From: a bacterium
Lineage (GTDB): Bacteria > UBA10199 > 2-02-FULL-50-16 > JAJFLM01
DNA length: 64,000 bases
Assembly (NCBI GenBank): GCA_965216315.1
Contig: CBDCFN010000016.1
Location: 1,728,001-1,792,000, forward strand
Reading direction: 5' to 3'
The position numbers and the translations under genes were made by a program. This document shows, piece after piece, positions 1-8,616 of this stretch. Every line of letters begins with the position of its first letter. Positions within the stretch are counted from its first letter, which is position 1. The notes under the pieces are model-generated. The model was not told the DNA's origin. It searched no databases and was given only the letters and a program-made list of their open reading frames with translations.

Positions 1-2
1 TC

Positions 3-476
3 GGCAGCGCGGTGGCCGTCGATAGCCGCAGTCATATCATCGCTATTGGAGCGCCTTATGACGATCCGACCGGACATAACTCTGGAGCGGTGTACATCTC
101 AAGCTGGCGACCCCATATCTCCGGCAATCCAGAGCAGGCTCATTTCAACAACACAGTCCGATTGGATGCCGGCGAGACTGGTTACGCCCATGCACATTTC
201 GGAACCTCCGTCGCGGTCGAGCGGGGACATGTCCTCGTCGGGGCCCCGCTGGCCACGACCGAACACGGTGAAGAAATGGGCGCCGTCTATCTCTTTGAAC
301 GCGACAGCAGTCCCTGGTTGCTGAGCGAGACTTTAACTGCCGACTCTAACGGGGAAACCGATGACCATTTTGGTCACACCGTAACGATGAGTGACGACCG
401 AATCGCAGTCGGCGCCTACCGAGCTGACTCCGAGGTGGAGGATTCAGGAACCGTGTATTTATTTCACAATAGATAA
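3..476 (+). CDS. FG-GAP (integrin alpha beta-propeller) repeat protein, 5'-truncated by the window edge
   Basis: Repeated FG-GAP motifs: (F)GSAVAV..IAIGAPYDD..SGAVYI; FGTSVAV..VLVGAP..GAVYLF; FGHTVTM..IAVGAY..SGTVYLF. The frame is open back to position 3. Confidence 0.85.
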   Translation, partial: GSAVAVDSRSHIIAIGAPYDDPTGHNSGAVYISSWRPHISGNPEQAHFNNTVRLDAGETGYAHAHFGTSVAVERGHVLVGAPLATTEHGEEMGAVYLFERDSSPWLLSETLTADSNGETDDHFGHTVTMSDDRIAVGAYRADSEVEDSGTVYLFHNR

Positions 477-496
477 TTCCCGGATCACACGCACCC

Positions 497-534
497 AGCC
501 CCGTCGTCCGTCCGTACCAGCGGGCGGCGGGGCT
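497..534 (+). terminator. GC-rich hairpin downstream of the FG-GAP gene (possible terminator or mRNA stability element)
   Basis: agccccgtcgtccg (497-510) pairs with cgggcggcggggct (521-534), allowing G-U pairs; no strong U-tract follows. Confidence 0.4.
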
Positions 535-569
535 ACTTAAGCAATTATGGAGAAATAAAAGGAGCTATC

Positions 570-1088
570 ATGTCAATTCGAGCCCACATCGTCACAAACA
601 GCGAATCAGGAGAACGCTTTTTACAACTCTATGATACCGAGAATAGGAGTGCTCCAGGCAGTGCCCTGCAAATCACCGAAGAACAAATCCCTGTTGACGG
701 TGAAAATTTCTTTGTCTTGCAAGATGGCAGCGGGAACCGGATTGGATTGTGGCAACCCGGCCGCTCAGCTTTTGTTGGTACGACCGAAGGTGGTTCGCAC
801 CGTCAACTCATCGGTGTCGATCCTGAAGTATTTGGTGGCAGCGAACTTCCACGAGGAACCAGCATGCTATTCTGCGGGGAGTCTCCTCTCCGCTGCCCTC
901 AGAGGTCACTCACGAATGAAGAGCTGGCTGCCCTAATCGAAGGACCAGAGCGGCCCGAACAACAACCATTTAATGGCCTTCGTCTCCTTAATGAGACGAT
1001 CGATGAAATACGAAGTTTTGATCTAGGGACAGAAGTACGTTCACTGATCCGAAGTGCGTTGACGGTTATAGCGAACATGGGAGATTAA
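570..1088 (+). CDS. Hypothetical protein (172 aa)
   Basis: ATG with AAGGAG RBS; no recognisable motif or signal peptide. Confidence 0.7.
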   Translation: MSIRAHIVTNSESGERFLQLYDTENRSAPGSALQITEEQIPVDGENFFVLQDGSGNRIGLWQPGRSAFVGTTEGGSHRQLIGVDPEVFGGSELPRGTSMLFCGESPLRCPQRSLTNEELAALIEGPERPEQQPFNGLRLLNETIDEIRSFDLGTEVRSLIRSALTVIANMGD

Positions 1089-1114
1089 TTGAAATACCTA
1101 AGGAGAAAACGAAT

Positions 1115-1756
1115 ATGGGACTACTCGAATTACTTGGCATAGGTTCAAATGAACCACAGAATAGCTCTCGTGGAGTAATACGACACATCACTCCGCCAGC
1201 GTCAGATCCTGTTGAGAATTTTCGTCGCAACCTCTGCCGTGAGCAAATGGCCGCCCGCCGACAGAATCCGACGCAGATCCCGTTGCAGGGACTCCAATGC
1301 CCAAACGAAGACACACTAAACCCTGTCGATCCCGAACTGAGAAGCGCTATTATCGACGAACACAACTCGAGCTTCTACGGTGAAACGCTTCCCGGACAGA
1401 GCCCCTTGCCATCAATGCGACTGCTGGAAGGCATCTCCATCTGGAACGACAGCAAGATCCAACAGCTCTGCCTTGAGCAAAGTGAACTCCAGGAAAACAA
1501 CCCACTCCAAATGACTTTGCATTCGCTTCCTTGCGTGAACCCTATTTTACGTAGTGCCATTCTTCAGGAGCATGATTCACTCTTCTTTGGGGAGACAACG
1601 CCGCTTCAATCGATATTACCGTCAATGCGCGCATTCGCCCAACTAGAAGCCTGGACCGATGGAATGATCGGACAATTTTGCAGTGAACAGAACTCGCTGA
1701 GAGAAGCTAACCCACACCAACTTACTCTCGAGACGCTGCCCTGTGATAACGATTAG
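1115..1756 (+). CDS. Hypothetical protein with ~2.5 internal ~70-aa Cys-bounded repeats
   Basis: AAGGAG RBS; internal repeat CxEQ..NPxQxxLxxLxC..PxLRSAIxxEHxSxFxGETxPxQSxLPSMR..WxDxxIxQ. Confidence 0.75.
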   Translation: MGLLELLGIGSNEPQNSSRGVIRHITPPASDPVENFRRNLCREQMAARRQNPTQIPLQGLQCPNEDTLNPVDPELRSAIIDEHNSSFYGETLPGQSPLPSMRLLEGISIWNDSKIQQLCLEQSELQENNPLQMTLHSLPCVNPILRSAILQEHDSLFFGETTPLQSILPSMRAFAQLEAWTDGMIGQFCSEQNSLREANPHQLTLETLPCDND

Positions 1757-1768
1757 AGTTTAGACAAC

Positions 1769-2335
1769 TTAACGACAGGCCAGCCAATTAACAAACGATT
1801 TGTGATTCGGAATAATCTGCGAACTAATGCGGCCATTGTGTTTTAACCACTGGCAATAATAAACCCTGAGCTGAGAGGCTAGTTTGCGATCGGGCGCTGC
1901 GTTCAAGTTCATTAAAGAAGCTTTAAGTGCCTCACCGCCCTTATAAATTGATATTTCTGCCTGGCGCAGCGGCCGAACCCCTTGAGTCCCAAGCTCCTCT
2001 ATTCGTTTGGCAAGTAACTCAAGCTGCGGCATAGCATCCTCCGGTCCCTTGACGCGAATACGTGCCCACGGGGCCGCTTGATATTCGGCATCGCTCAAGC
2101 CCCGACCCAACCGATAAGCGAACGCATAATGAGAGAAAGTATTCCCCCGCTGTGGCGGCCAACTGTCGGGAAATGGCGGCGTGATGCGTTCATGCCACAA
2201 CTTAAAAGGCGATGTAACTCCCTGGTTAGGATTTATTTGATCCCACGCCTTGAAGACAAGCGCTTCAACGGAATTGCGCGGGGGCTCTTTTGCCATCGTT
2301 ATAGTAGAGAATAAAAAAAGGGCGATAACTATCAT
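1769..2335 (-). CDS. Hypothetical exported protein (start moved to MIVIALFLFSTITMA)
   Basis: A signal-peptide-like hydrophobic N-terminus begins at 2335; the longer ORF (2419) runs through a palindromic element. Confidence 0.6.
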   Translation of the reverse strand: MIVIALFLFSTITMAKEPPRNSVEALVFKAWDQINPNQGVTSPFKLWHERITPPFPDSWPPQRGNTFSHYAFAYRLGRGLSDAEYQAAPWARIRVKGPEDAMPQLELLAKRIEELGTQGVRPLRQAEISIYKGGEALKASLMNLNAAPDRKLASQLRVYYCQWLKHNGRISSQIIPNHKSFVNWLACR

Positions 2336-2376
2336 AGGGGCTCGCGTCGCCCCCTCCGGTCGGCAAAGCCGCCGGA
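2336..2376. repeat. Double-hairpin palindromic element (REP-like) downstream of etfA
   Basis: AGGGGC..GCCCCT (2336-2354) and CTCCGG-TCGGC-AAA-GCCG-CCGGAG (2353-2376). Confidence 0.4.
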
Positions 2377-2428
2377 GCCTCCCCCTCTCGCTCGCTTTGT
2401 TCGCTAGAAATGCGGCCATGCACCTGCG

Positions 2429-3406
2429 CTACGCTGCCGAGCGAACTTTTTTCAATTCCTCGGTCAGTAGCGGCACAACCTCAAACAGATCGCCGACTAT
2501 TCCGTAGTCCGCCTTTTGAAAGAGCGGCGCTTCCGCATCTTTATTAATCACGACGATCGTCTTGGAGGTACGCATCCCGGCCAAATGCTGAATCGCACCC
2601 GAAATGCCGCACGCAATATAGAGGTTCGGATTCACGACCTTACCGGTCTGTCCCACCTGCATGGAATGTGGCGCGTAACCGGAATCAACCGCAGCGCGTG
2701 AGGCACCAACTGTTGCTCCAATAACATCCGCACACTCACGGAGTATCTTGAAGTTGTCTGCATCCTTCATCGCACGACCACCGGAGATAATGACTTGCGC
2801 CTCTGTTAGGTCAACTTCCTTACTTTCACTCGCTTTGATTTCCGTAATCGGGGCCCGCAGCTCACCCGCTTCTTTCGAAACCTTCTCAACAGTCGCCGCG
2901 CCACCGCCCTGTTCTTCCTTAGTAAAGGAATTAGGCCGCGTCGTCGCCAATGCCGGTGAACAGTCTTCCATTGCAACATCGACTAAGGCCTTGCCCGAAA
3001 AGACAGGCCGCGTAGGCACTAATTTGCCACCCTCTATCTTTAAGTCGACACAATCTGTGGCGAGACCTGTGTCTAATTTGGCCGCCATACGTGGAAAGAA
3101 GTCCTTTGCTGCCGGACCGGCCGTACCAAGCACGATTTCCGGGTTCGTCTCTTTGACGAACTCCGCTAATACCTTGGCAAAACCTTCGCCGTTAAACTTA
3201 TCCAAGCCGGCGCTTTCAATAATTGTGACCTTAGTCACGCCATATTTCCCAAGATCCGCCGCATCACTCGGCTCATTTCCAATAAATACGGCATGGGTTT
3301 CGCCGCCGATGTCCTTCGCCAGCTGTGAGGCCTTGGCCGCAAGTTCAAAACTCGTCCCTTTGACTTTTCCGTCCTGATCTTCTGCAAATATTAAGATGTT
3401 TCCCAT
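2429..3406 (-). CDS. etfA: Electron transfer flavoprotein alpha subunit
   Basis: VGASRAAVDSG, QVGQTGKVV, YIACGISGAIQHLAGM, INKDAEAPLF. Confidence 0.97.
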   Translation of the reverse strand: MGNILIFAEDQDGKVKGTSFELAAKASQLAKDIGGETHAVFIGNEPSDAADLGKYGVTKVTIIESAGLDKFNGEGFAKVLAEFVKETNPEIVLGTAGPAAKDFFPRMAAKLDTGLATDCVDLKIEGGKLVPTRPVFSGKALVDVAMEDCSPALATTRPNSFTKEEQGGGAATVEKVSKEAGELRAPITEIKASESKEVDLTEAQVIISGGRAMKDADNFKILRECADVIGATVGASRAAVDSGYAPHSMQVGQTGKVVNPNLYIACGISGAIQHLAGMRTSKTIVVINKDAEAPLFQKADYGIVGDLFEVVPLLTEELKKVRSAA

Positions 3407-3432
3407 TATCTATTCCTCTCTACAAAAAATTA

Positions 3433-4212
3433 TTAAATAACCTTGGCCTCTTCGTGTAAGAGCTTGACCAGTTCCGACACCATCGCCGCAGGCTCCTCCC
3501 CTTGCAGAATCTTACCGGCATGCTTTTCTTCTGGCAGTCGGAAGTTCTTAAACTTGACCTTGGCCGTCGCGCCATTGGCAAAATCAGCTACTTTCAATAC
3601 TTCTAAAGGTTTTTTCTTCGCCTTCATGATGCCCGGCAGAGAAGCGTAGCGCGGGGTGTTCAGTCCTTTTTCGCAGGCCACAATCGCTGGGAACTTGAGA
3701 TCAATAATCTCTTCCGCACCACCACCGGCACTGCGAGTGACTTTGGCTCCGGATTTATCATCACTCAGCTCAAAACCTTCAACGACAGTCACATGAGCAA
3801 TATCCAAGAACTCAGCCACCATCTGGGCAACAGCACCGCAATCACCGTCAATAGCCTGCTTGCCGGTAAAGATCACATCAAAGTTCTGCTCCTTGATGGC
3901 ATTCGCTAGTACCTTAGCGGTGAGGAGGCTATCGAGCTCAGCGCCTTCATCGTCAATGCGAATAGCCTTATCAGCGCCCATTGCCAAAGCCGTACGCAAG
4001 GCCTCCGTGGCACGTTCAGGACCTACAGAAATAACGGTGACTTCACCATCACCGACTTTTTCTTTACTTTTAATGGCTTCCTCGACGGCAAATTCATCAT
4101 AGGGACTTAGGATATATTTGATTCCATCCGTTTCGATAGAATTTCCATCGGCTGTCGGCTTAATCTTTGTTTCCGTGTCCGGTGTCTGCTTAACGAGAAC
4201 TGCTATTTTCAT
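3433..4212 (-). CDS. etfB: Electron transfer flavoprotein beta subunit
   Basis: MKIAVLVKQTPD, PYDEFAVEEA, ALAMGAD, GKQAIDGD, NTPRYASLPGIMKAKKK. Confidence 0.97.
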   Translation of the reverse strand: MKIAVLVKQTPDTETKIKPTADGNSIETDGIKYILSPYDEFAVEEAIKSKEKVGDGEVTVISVGPERATEALRTALAMGADKAIRIDDEGAELDSLLTAKVLANAIKEQNFDVIFTGKQAIDGDCGAVAQMVAEFLDIAHVTVVEGFELSDDKSGAKVTRSAGGGAEEIIDLKFPAIVACEKGLNTPRYASLPGIMKAKKKPLEVLKVADFANGATAKVKFKNFRLPEEKHAGKILQGEEPAAMVSELVKLLHEEAKVI

Positions 4213-4251
4213 TGCTGATTACTCCTTAAATATTTGGGCATGCATACCCAT

Positions 4252-4851
4252 TTAAATCACGAGGCCATTCAAAAACAGATCCGCTATCTGTTTTGAAAAT
4301 TGCTCCAATGGCCCTTTTCGTTTAGATAAAACCCATTTCAGCCCTACTTCATCTAGGGCCCCAAAAATTGTTCGCCTGAGTACATAGGGGTCGGCTTCAC
4401 GGCGAAAGACACCTTGCGCCTGCCCGTCTTCAATAATTTCATGAATAAACCTTAGATATTGCTTCAATTTATCACCCGTATACTCACGCATAAACATTGT
4501 CGACTGGCGTAATTCAATATGCAGAACTTGCGCTAATTCCCGATGGTTCTCGACTAAGCTAAGATGCAAAGTAATCAGGCGCCGCAATCGATCCTTCACG
4601 TCATCAATACCGGTTAGCGCCTGCTCCATTTCGCGGATAAACATATCCATGCTCGTTTCGAAAATGGAGATAAGCAGATCGTCTTTATTCTTAAAATAGA
4701 GATAGATCGTTCCTTCAGCCACTTCGGCGGCACGCGCCACGTCAGAAACAGTGGACTTGAAAAAGCCCTTCTCCGCAAACACACGGGTCGCAGCCTCAAT
4801 GATGCGTCCGTACTTATCGCTTTCTTCTTTTTTTTGCGCTTGTTCCGGCAT
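4252..4851 (-). CDS. TetR/AcrR family regulator resembling Bacillus FadR (YsiA)
   Basis: TetR HTH (IIEAATRVFAEKGF..VARAAEVAEGTIYLYFKNKDDLL); YsiA-like C-terminus (IELRQS, IFGALDE); directly upstream of etfBA. Confidence 0.88.
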   Translation of the reverse strand: MPEQAQKKEESDKYGRIIEAATRVFAEKGFFKSTVSDVARAAEVAEGTIYLYFKNKDDLLISIFETSMDMFIREMEQALTGIDDVKDRLRRLITLHLSLVENHRELAQVLHIELRQSTMFMREYTGDKLKQYLRFIHEIIEDGQAQGVFRREADPYVLRRTIFGALDEVGLKWVLSKRKGPLEQFSKQIADLFLNGLVI

Positions 4852-4880
4852 CTTCCTACTCCGCAGAGCTTAGGCTTAAC

Positions 4881-4927
4881 TGAATGAGTGTTCATTTTTT
4901 CTAACACTTCGCGTCAAAGACTGTCAA
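4881..4927 (-). promoter_or_regulatory. Sigma-70 promoter with adjacent FadR(YsiA)-type operator
   Basis: Minus strand: TTGACA (4927-4922), TGt-TAGAAA -10 region (~4903-4898), then the imperfect palindrome TGAATGAGTGTTCATTTT (4881-4898, plus strand), which resembles the Bacillus FadR box TGAATGAnTAnTCATTCA. Confidence 0.7.
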
Positions 4928-4953
4928 CCCTGCTCCGCCAAGGGAGTGCGAGG

Positions 4954-6396
4954 CTAAGCCCTTGAAATTCCGTCTATATTTTTCGGGATTTCTCTACCGA
5001 GCCAGGTCAGAATGGTAGGAAAAACATCCACTGAGCGGCAGGTTTCGCCACGCAACGGGACGTTACTGATAATCGGGATATTCATATGTTCCCAGTGGAG
5101 GGAACCATGGGAACCATGGTGTTCGGGGACTTCATAGCGAACCCGCAAATCATGGCCGGATTTGGCGGAAAGCATGACGTCGCCAGCACGAGGCGATCTG
5201 ATTAATTGTAGAAGTTGCATCAAACTATCCGGATAATCGGTATCGCGTGTCGCTTGGAGACTTTCTTCGACGCTCAGGCGCTCCGGAATGTCGCCATAAG
5301 CTAAGGGATCCCCTGCGACTTTTTTGTAGACGAGTTTATCGCCGTCTTCGTAAATGCGCGCTCGCTCCCGACCACGCCTTACCCACACCCCCCCTTCGCG
5401 ACTTCTTAACGCCATCAAATCAACGGCGTCCTGCGCTTCCAATAGCTCGAGCATAGCCAGCTGCTGCTTATTCATATCTTCCGCGTAACAGATGCCCTTC
5501 CAATTATTGCGCGGCACAGCAGCTCCGTTCGCACCACGTGCAAAATACAAATGACTCATGCCATTACCGGATACCATATGAACCGCCGAAAACCCTTTTT
5601 TGAACACCACAGGATAGAATAAAGTCTTGGTCCCATTGTCTTCGAGTAATTGATTGACCCCTAAATGATTATGAGTCGCACTAAGACCGTGATCACTGAC
5701 AATGAGAATAGCCGTGTCATGGAGCCATTTTTTTTGTTCAAGCTTCTGACACAAATCACCGATCGTTCTATCAATTCGTTCATACCCCTCAATCGCTGCC
5801 GGGTGCTCAGGATGACCCATGTGTGAGTATTCATCTATGCCGGGAAAGACAATAAACATATATTCAGGGTCTTCATCAATATGACGCAGCAGGTGATCAC
5901 TTGCATTTTGGTCGACTAACGCCCAACGGTCCGTCAAATGAGCATAATACCAATTCCAGAGCCGCATAAAGCTCGTCTTGTTACGCCGAAAGGAAACTCC
6001 CCGGTTAACTCCGTTAAAAACGTTAATGGATTTAGGAATGAGCTCAAAGAGAGTCTTGATCTCTGTATGAATATCGCTACTCATCTTAAGGGTATCCGCG
6101 CCGACATAACTACGATGCTGAGCACGTGACAGAGGTTTACTTGCATACACATCCCGATCAAACCAGCGGATACCCGGAACATTGCAGGTACCAGGATAAC
6201 AACCCGTCAAATAAGGCAAGTAAGCCGGACCCGTAGTCGAAGGAAAAGTTGTTACCGCGTGCTTAAGGCAGCCCGGCTTGATAAGATATTTTTCAATATT
6301 GGGGAGGCGTCCTTCTTGAATAAGCCGGTCAAAGACATCCGGGCGCGACCCGTCAGCCAGTATCGTCACACAACGCTTATAACTAGCCATTGTCAC
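4954..6396 (-). CDS. Alkaline phosphatase superfamily protein (type I phosphodiesterase/nucleotide pyrophosphatase)
   Basis: ILADGSRPD, TFPSTTGPAY (Thr nucleophile), DEYSH, VSDHG, HGSHGS metal-ligand motifs. Confidence 0.88.
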   Translation of the reverse strand: MTMASYKRCVTILADGSRPDVFDRLIQEGRLPNIEKYLIKPGCLKHAVTTFPSTTGPAYLPYLTGCYPGTCNVPGIRWFDRDVYASKPLSRAQHRSYVGADTLKMSSDIHTEIKTLFELIPKSINVFNGVNRGVSFRRNKTSFMRLWNWYYAHLTDRWALVDQNASDHLLRHIDEDPEYMFIVFPGIDEYSHMGHPEHPAAIEGYERIDRTIGDLCQKLEQKKWLHDTAILIVSDHGLSATHNHLGVNQLLEDNGTKTLFYPVVFKKGFSAVHMVSGNGMSHLYFARGANGAAVPRNNWKGICYAEDMNKQQLAMLELLEAQDAVDLMALRSREGGVWVRRGRERARIYEDGDKLVYKKVAGDPLAYGDIPERLSVEESLQATRDTDYPDSLMQLLQLIRSPRAGDVMLSAKSGHDLRVRYEVPEHHGSHGSLHWEHMNIPIISNVPLRGETCRSVDVFPTILTWLGREIPKNIDGISRA

Positions 6397-7138
6397 TCTT
6401 AGGGGTTTCGGTTGTCGACTGCTGCTCTTTTTCTCTCATGTTGGCTAGCTTTGATTCCATGCGACGGATAAGGTCTTCATAACCGCCTTTTCGAATGATC
6501 GCATCAAACTGATAACGGTAATTATCGAGAAGACTGGCGTCATCCACAATGACATCATAAATTTTCCATCCCTTTGCTACCGGCCAATCATCCGGTACGG
6601 GCAAGCGCATCCCAAAAATAGGGTCACGCGGAGGCAATTCAGCACGGTTGACTTGATGGACTTTATAATTGAGCGATATCTTCATATTTTCCGAAGGAAT
6701 ATTTACCCAACTTTTGACAAGCGCCTTATCTTTATCGCTCAGCAGCTTATGTCCTTTATAGCTGACATGATAACTCGCGCCGGATTTCTTTTTCCCGCCC
6801 TGCTCCTTCGCAAATACAGCCTTCCGTTGCAAAAGCTGACTTAAGACATCTACAAAGTGATCTTGATCTTTTGCTGTAAGCTTCTCCCAATGTTTTGCCA
6901 TTGAGATGCGTGCTAAAGACTGAATATCAAAAGTCCCCCTCAACGCCTGTCTTTTTAGTCGGCGGTTGTGAGCCCTTTCCTCAGCTGTCTTCGGCGATAC
7001 AATATAAGTCTCAAGCATACTATCGAGATCCTGAATCGCCCGAGTAGGAGTCCCCTTCTCGTAAAGGTTTGCGTGAACAGGGCCACCCACCAGGGTGAAC
7101 GCCACTAATAAACTAAATAGGATAACTCTATGCATCAT
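6383..7138 (-). CDS. MlaC/Ttg2D-family periplasmic lipid-binding protein
   Basis: Signal peptide ending VHA; FDIQSLARISMAKHWEKLT; WKIYDVIVDDASLLDNYRYQFDAII. Confidence 0.82.
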   Translation of the reverse strand: MMHRVILFSLLVAFTLVGGPVHANLYEKGTPTRAIQDLDSMLETYIVSPKTAEERAHNRRLKRQALRGTFDIQSLARISMAKHWEKLTAKDQDHFVDVLSQLLQRKAVFAKEQGGKKKSGASYHVSYKGHKLLSDKDKALVKSWVNIPSENMKISLNYKVHQVNRAELPPRDPIFGMRLPVPDDWPVAKGWKIYDVIVDDASLLDNYRYQFDAIIRKGGYEDLIRRMESKLANMREKEQQSTTETPKSDNG

Positions 7139-8598
7139 GAGTTTAACTCCGGTATTGAGTCGATCTTTTGATCGAGTTCGGCAAATGCCACATTATAGTC
7201 AAATACAGCCTTGAAATACTCGCCTCGCGTTTTCATAAACCCTGAGATAGCATCAATTAAGTCCTTCGGCTCGGCTAGTCCAATATCAAAATTGCTCTGT
7301 GTCAAGAACAAGACTTGCCGTGCTAACTTGCTTGATTCTTCAGATCGATGCAATTCTTCACGAGCGGCCTTAACCGTCAAATAGGCCTTCTTTACTTCTA
7401 ATAGGATACCATCGGCCGCCAGGTCTACCTGCAAACGCGTTTTGTTAAATTCCGCCTCTGCTTGGCGTATTTTAGCCGTTCTGGTTCCATAATCGAATTT
7501 CCCTTTAAGCTGAAACCCGAAACCTGCACGCGTATAATTGAACGGATCACTATAATCGTCTGTTGTCGTCACGCCGGTCACACCTGGAGCTCGCCCTACT
7601 TCAAAAAAAGCGCCGACACCCAAGTTTGGTGCAAAGCGGTATTTTTCTAACTCATAGTTTAGCCTGCGAGAGTTTAAGCCGATCTCTAGCAACTTAACAT
7701 CCGCACGCTGTCTATACGCAAGGCCACGATAATGCTCAAAAGACTTTAAACTACGGCCAACCGGAAAAAGCCGTGCGTGTTGCAGATCAAAACTCTGCGA
7801 CCGGTCAAGCCCTAAAAGCACACGCAATGCTTCGAGGGCGAGAATCTCTTTATTATGAGATTCTTGAATTTTCTTATCCATATCACTTCGAAAGATCTTA
7901 AGCTTTAACAGCGCAACAGGATCACCACCGCCTTCGTCTTCACGTTTCTTTATTTCCTTATTTGACTCTTTAAGCGCGTAACGTAAAAGCCGGTTGACCT
8001 CTCGCGCCAGCAGGACCCCATAATAAAGCTGATGAACTTTAAAAACGATTTCTGATTCCTTCTTGATACGCTTGAACCCCTCCGCTTCAATACCCCCCTC
8101 CGCAAGAGCCTTGGCGCGTTTTATTTTGCCGAAGGTCGTCAAGGGAACACCCATGCCCACCTTAAATCGATTCAGCACGGTAATATCGCCGCTAAAAAAG
8201 CTGCCAACCGCGTTAGACACATCTCGAGGTGCCGGACCGAGCAAATTTTCGTATTCAAGGACCGGCCTGCCAATGATATCGGCCTCCTTAAATTTGGCCT
8301 CGGCCTTGCGAATATCATAATCAAAGGCCTTGAGCTCACGATTGTAGATCATGGCCCGCTTGAGGCATTCCTTGAGCGTGAGATAGATCTTCCGAGGTGA
8401 CCGGGGACCCCATAGAGACTCCCCCGTAGCCACAGCCGTGCTAATGACCGTCTCCTCCCCATCCGCTTCGGTTTCGGCCTGCACGACAGGAGGCATACTA
8501 AGGCCATACATCAATAAAGCAGTATAAAGCCCTAATTTAAATATAAATATTCTGCTCAAGGTGGACATGGAATCTACTAAGGAATTTGCGAAATACAA
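7135..8598 (-). CDS. TolC-family outer membrane efflux protein (start uncertain, possibly 8568)
   Basis: LTLKECLKRAMIYNREL; two OEP-like halves (VHQLYYGVLLA; VKKAYLTVKAA); C-terminal AVFDYNVAFAELDQKI. Confidence 0.85.
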   Translation of the reverse strand: MYFANSLVDSMSTLSRIFIFKLGLYTALLMYGLSMPPVVQAETEADGEETVISTAVATGESLWGPRSPRKIYLTLKECLKRAMIYNRELKAFDYDIRKAEAKFKEADIIGRPVLEYENLLGPAPRDVSNAVGSFFSGDITVLNRFKVGMGVPLTTFGKIKRAKALAEGGIEAEGFKRIKKESEIVFKVHQLYYGVLLAREVNRLLRYALKESNKEIKKREDEGGGDPVALLKLKIFRSDMDKKIQESHNKEILALEALRVLLGLDRSQSFDLQHARLFPVGRSLKSFEHYRGLAYRQRADVKLLEIGLNSRRLNYELEKYRFAPNLGVGAFFEVGRAPGVTGVTTTDDYSDPFNYTRAGFGFQLKGKFDYGTRTAKIRQAEAEFNKTRLQVDLAADGILLEVKKAYLTVKAAREELHRSEESSKLARQVLFLTQSNFDIGLAEPKDLIDAISGFMKTRGEYFKAVFDYNVAFAELDQKIDSIPELNS

Positions 8599-8616
8599 GC
8601 GTCTTTTTTGCCCTGG

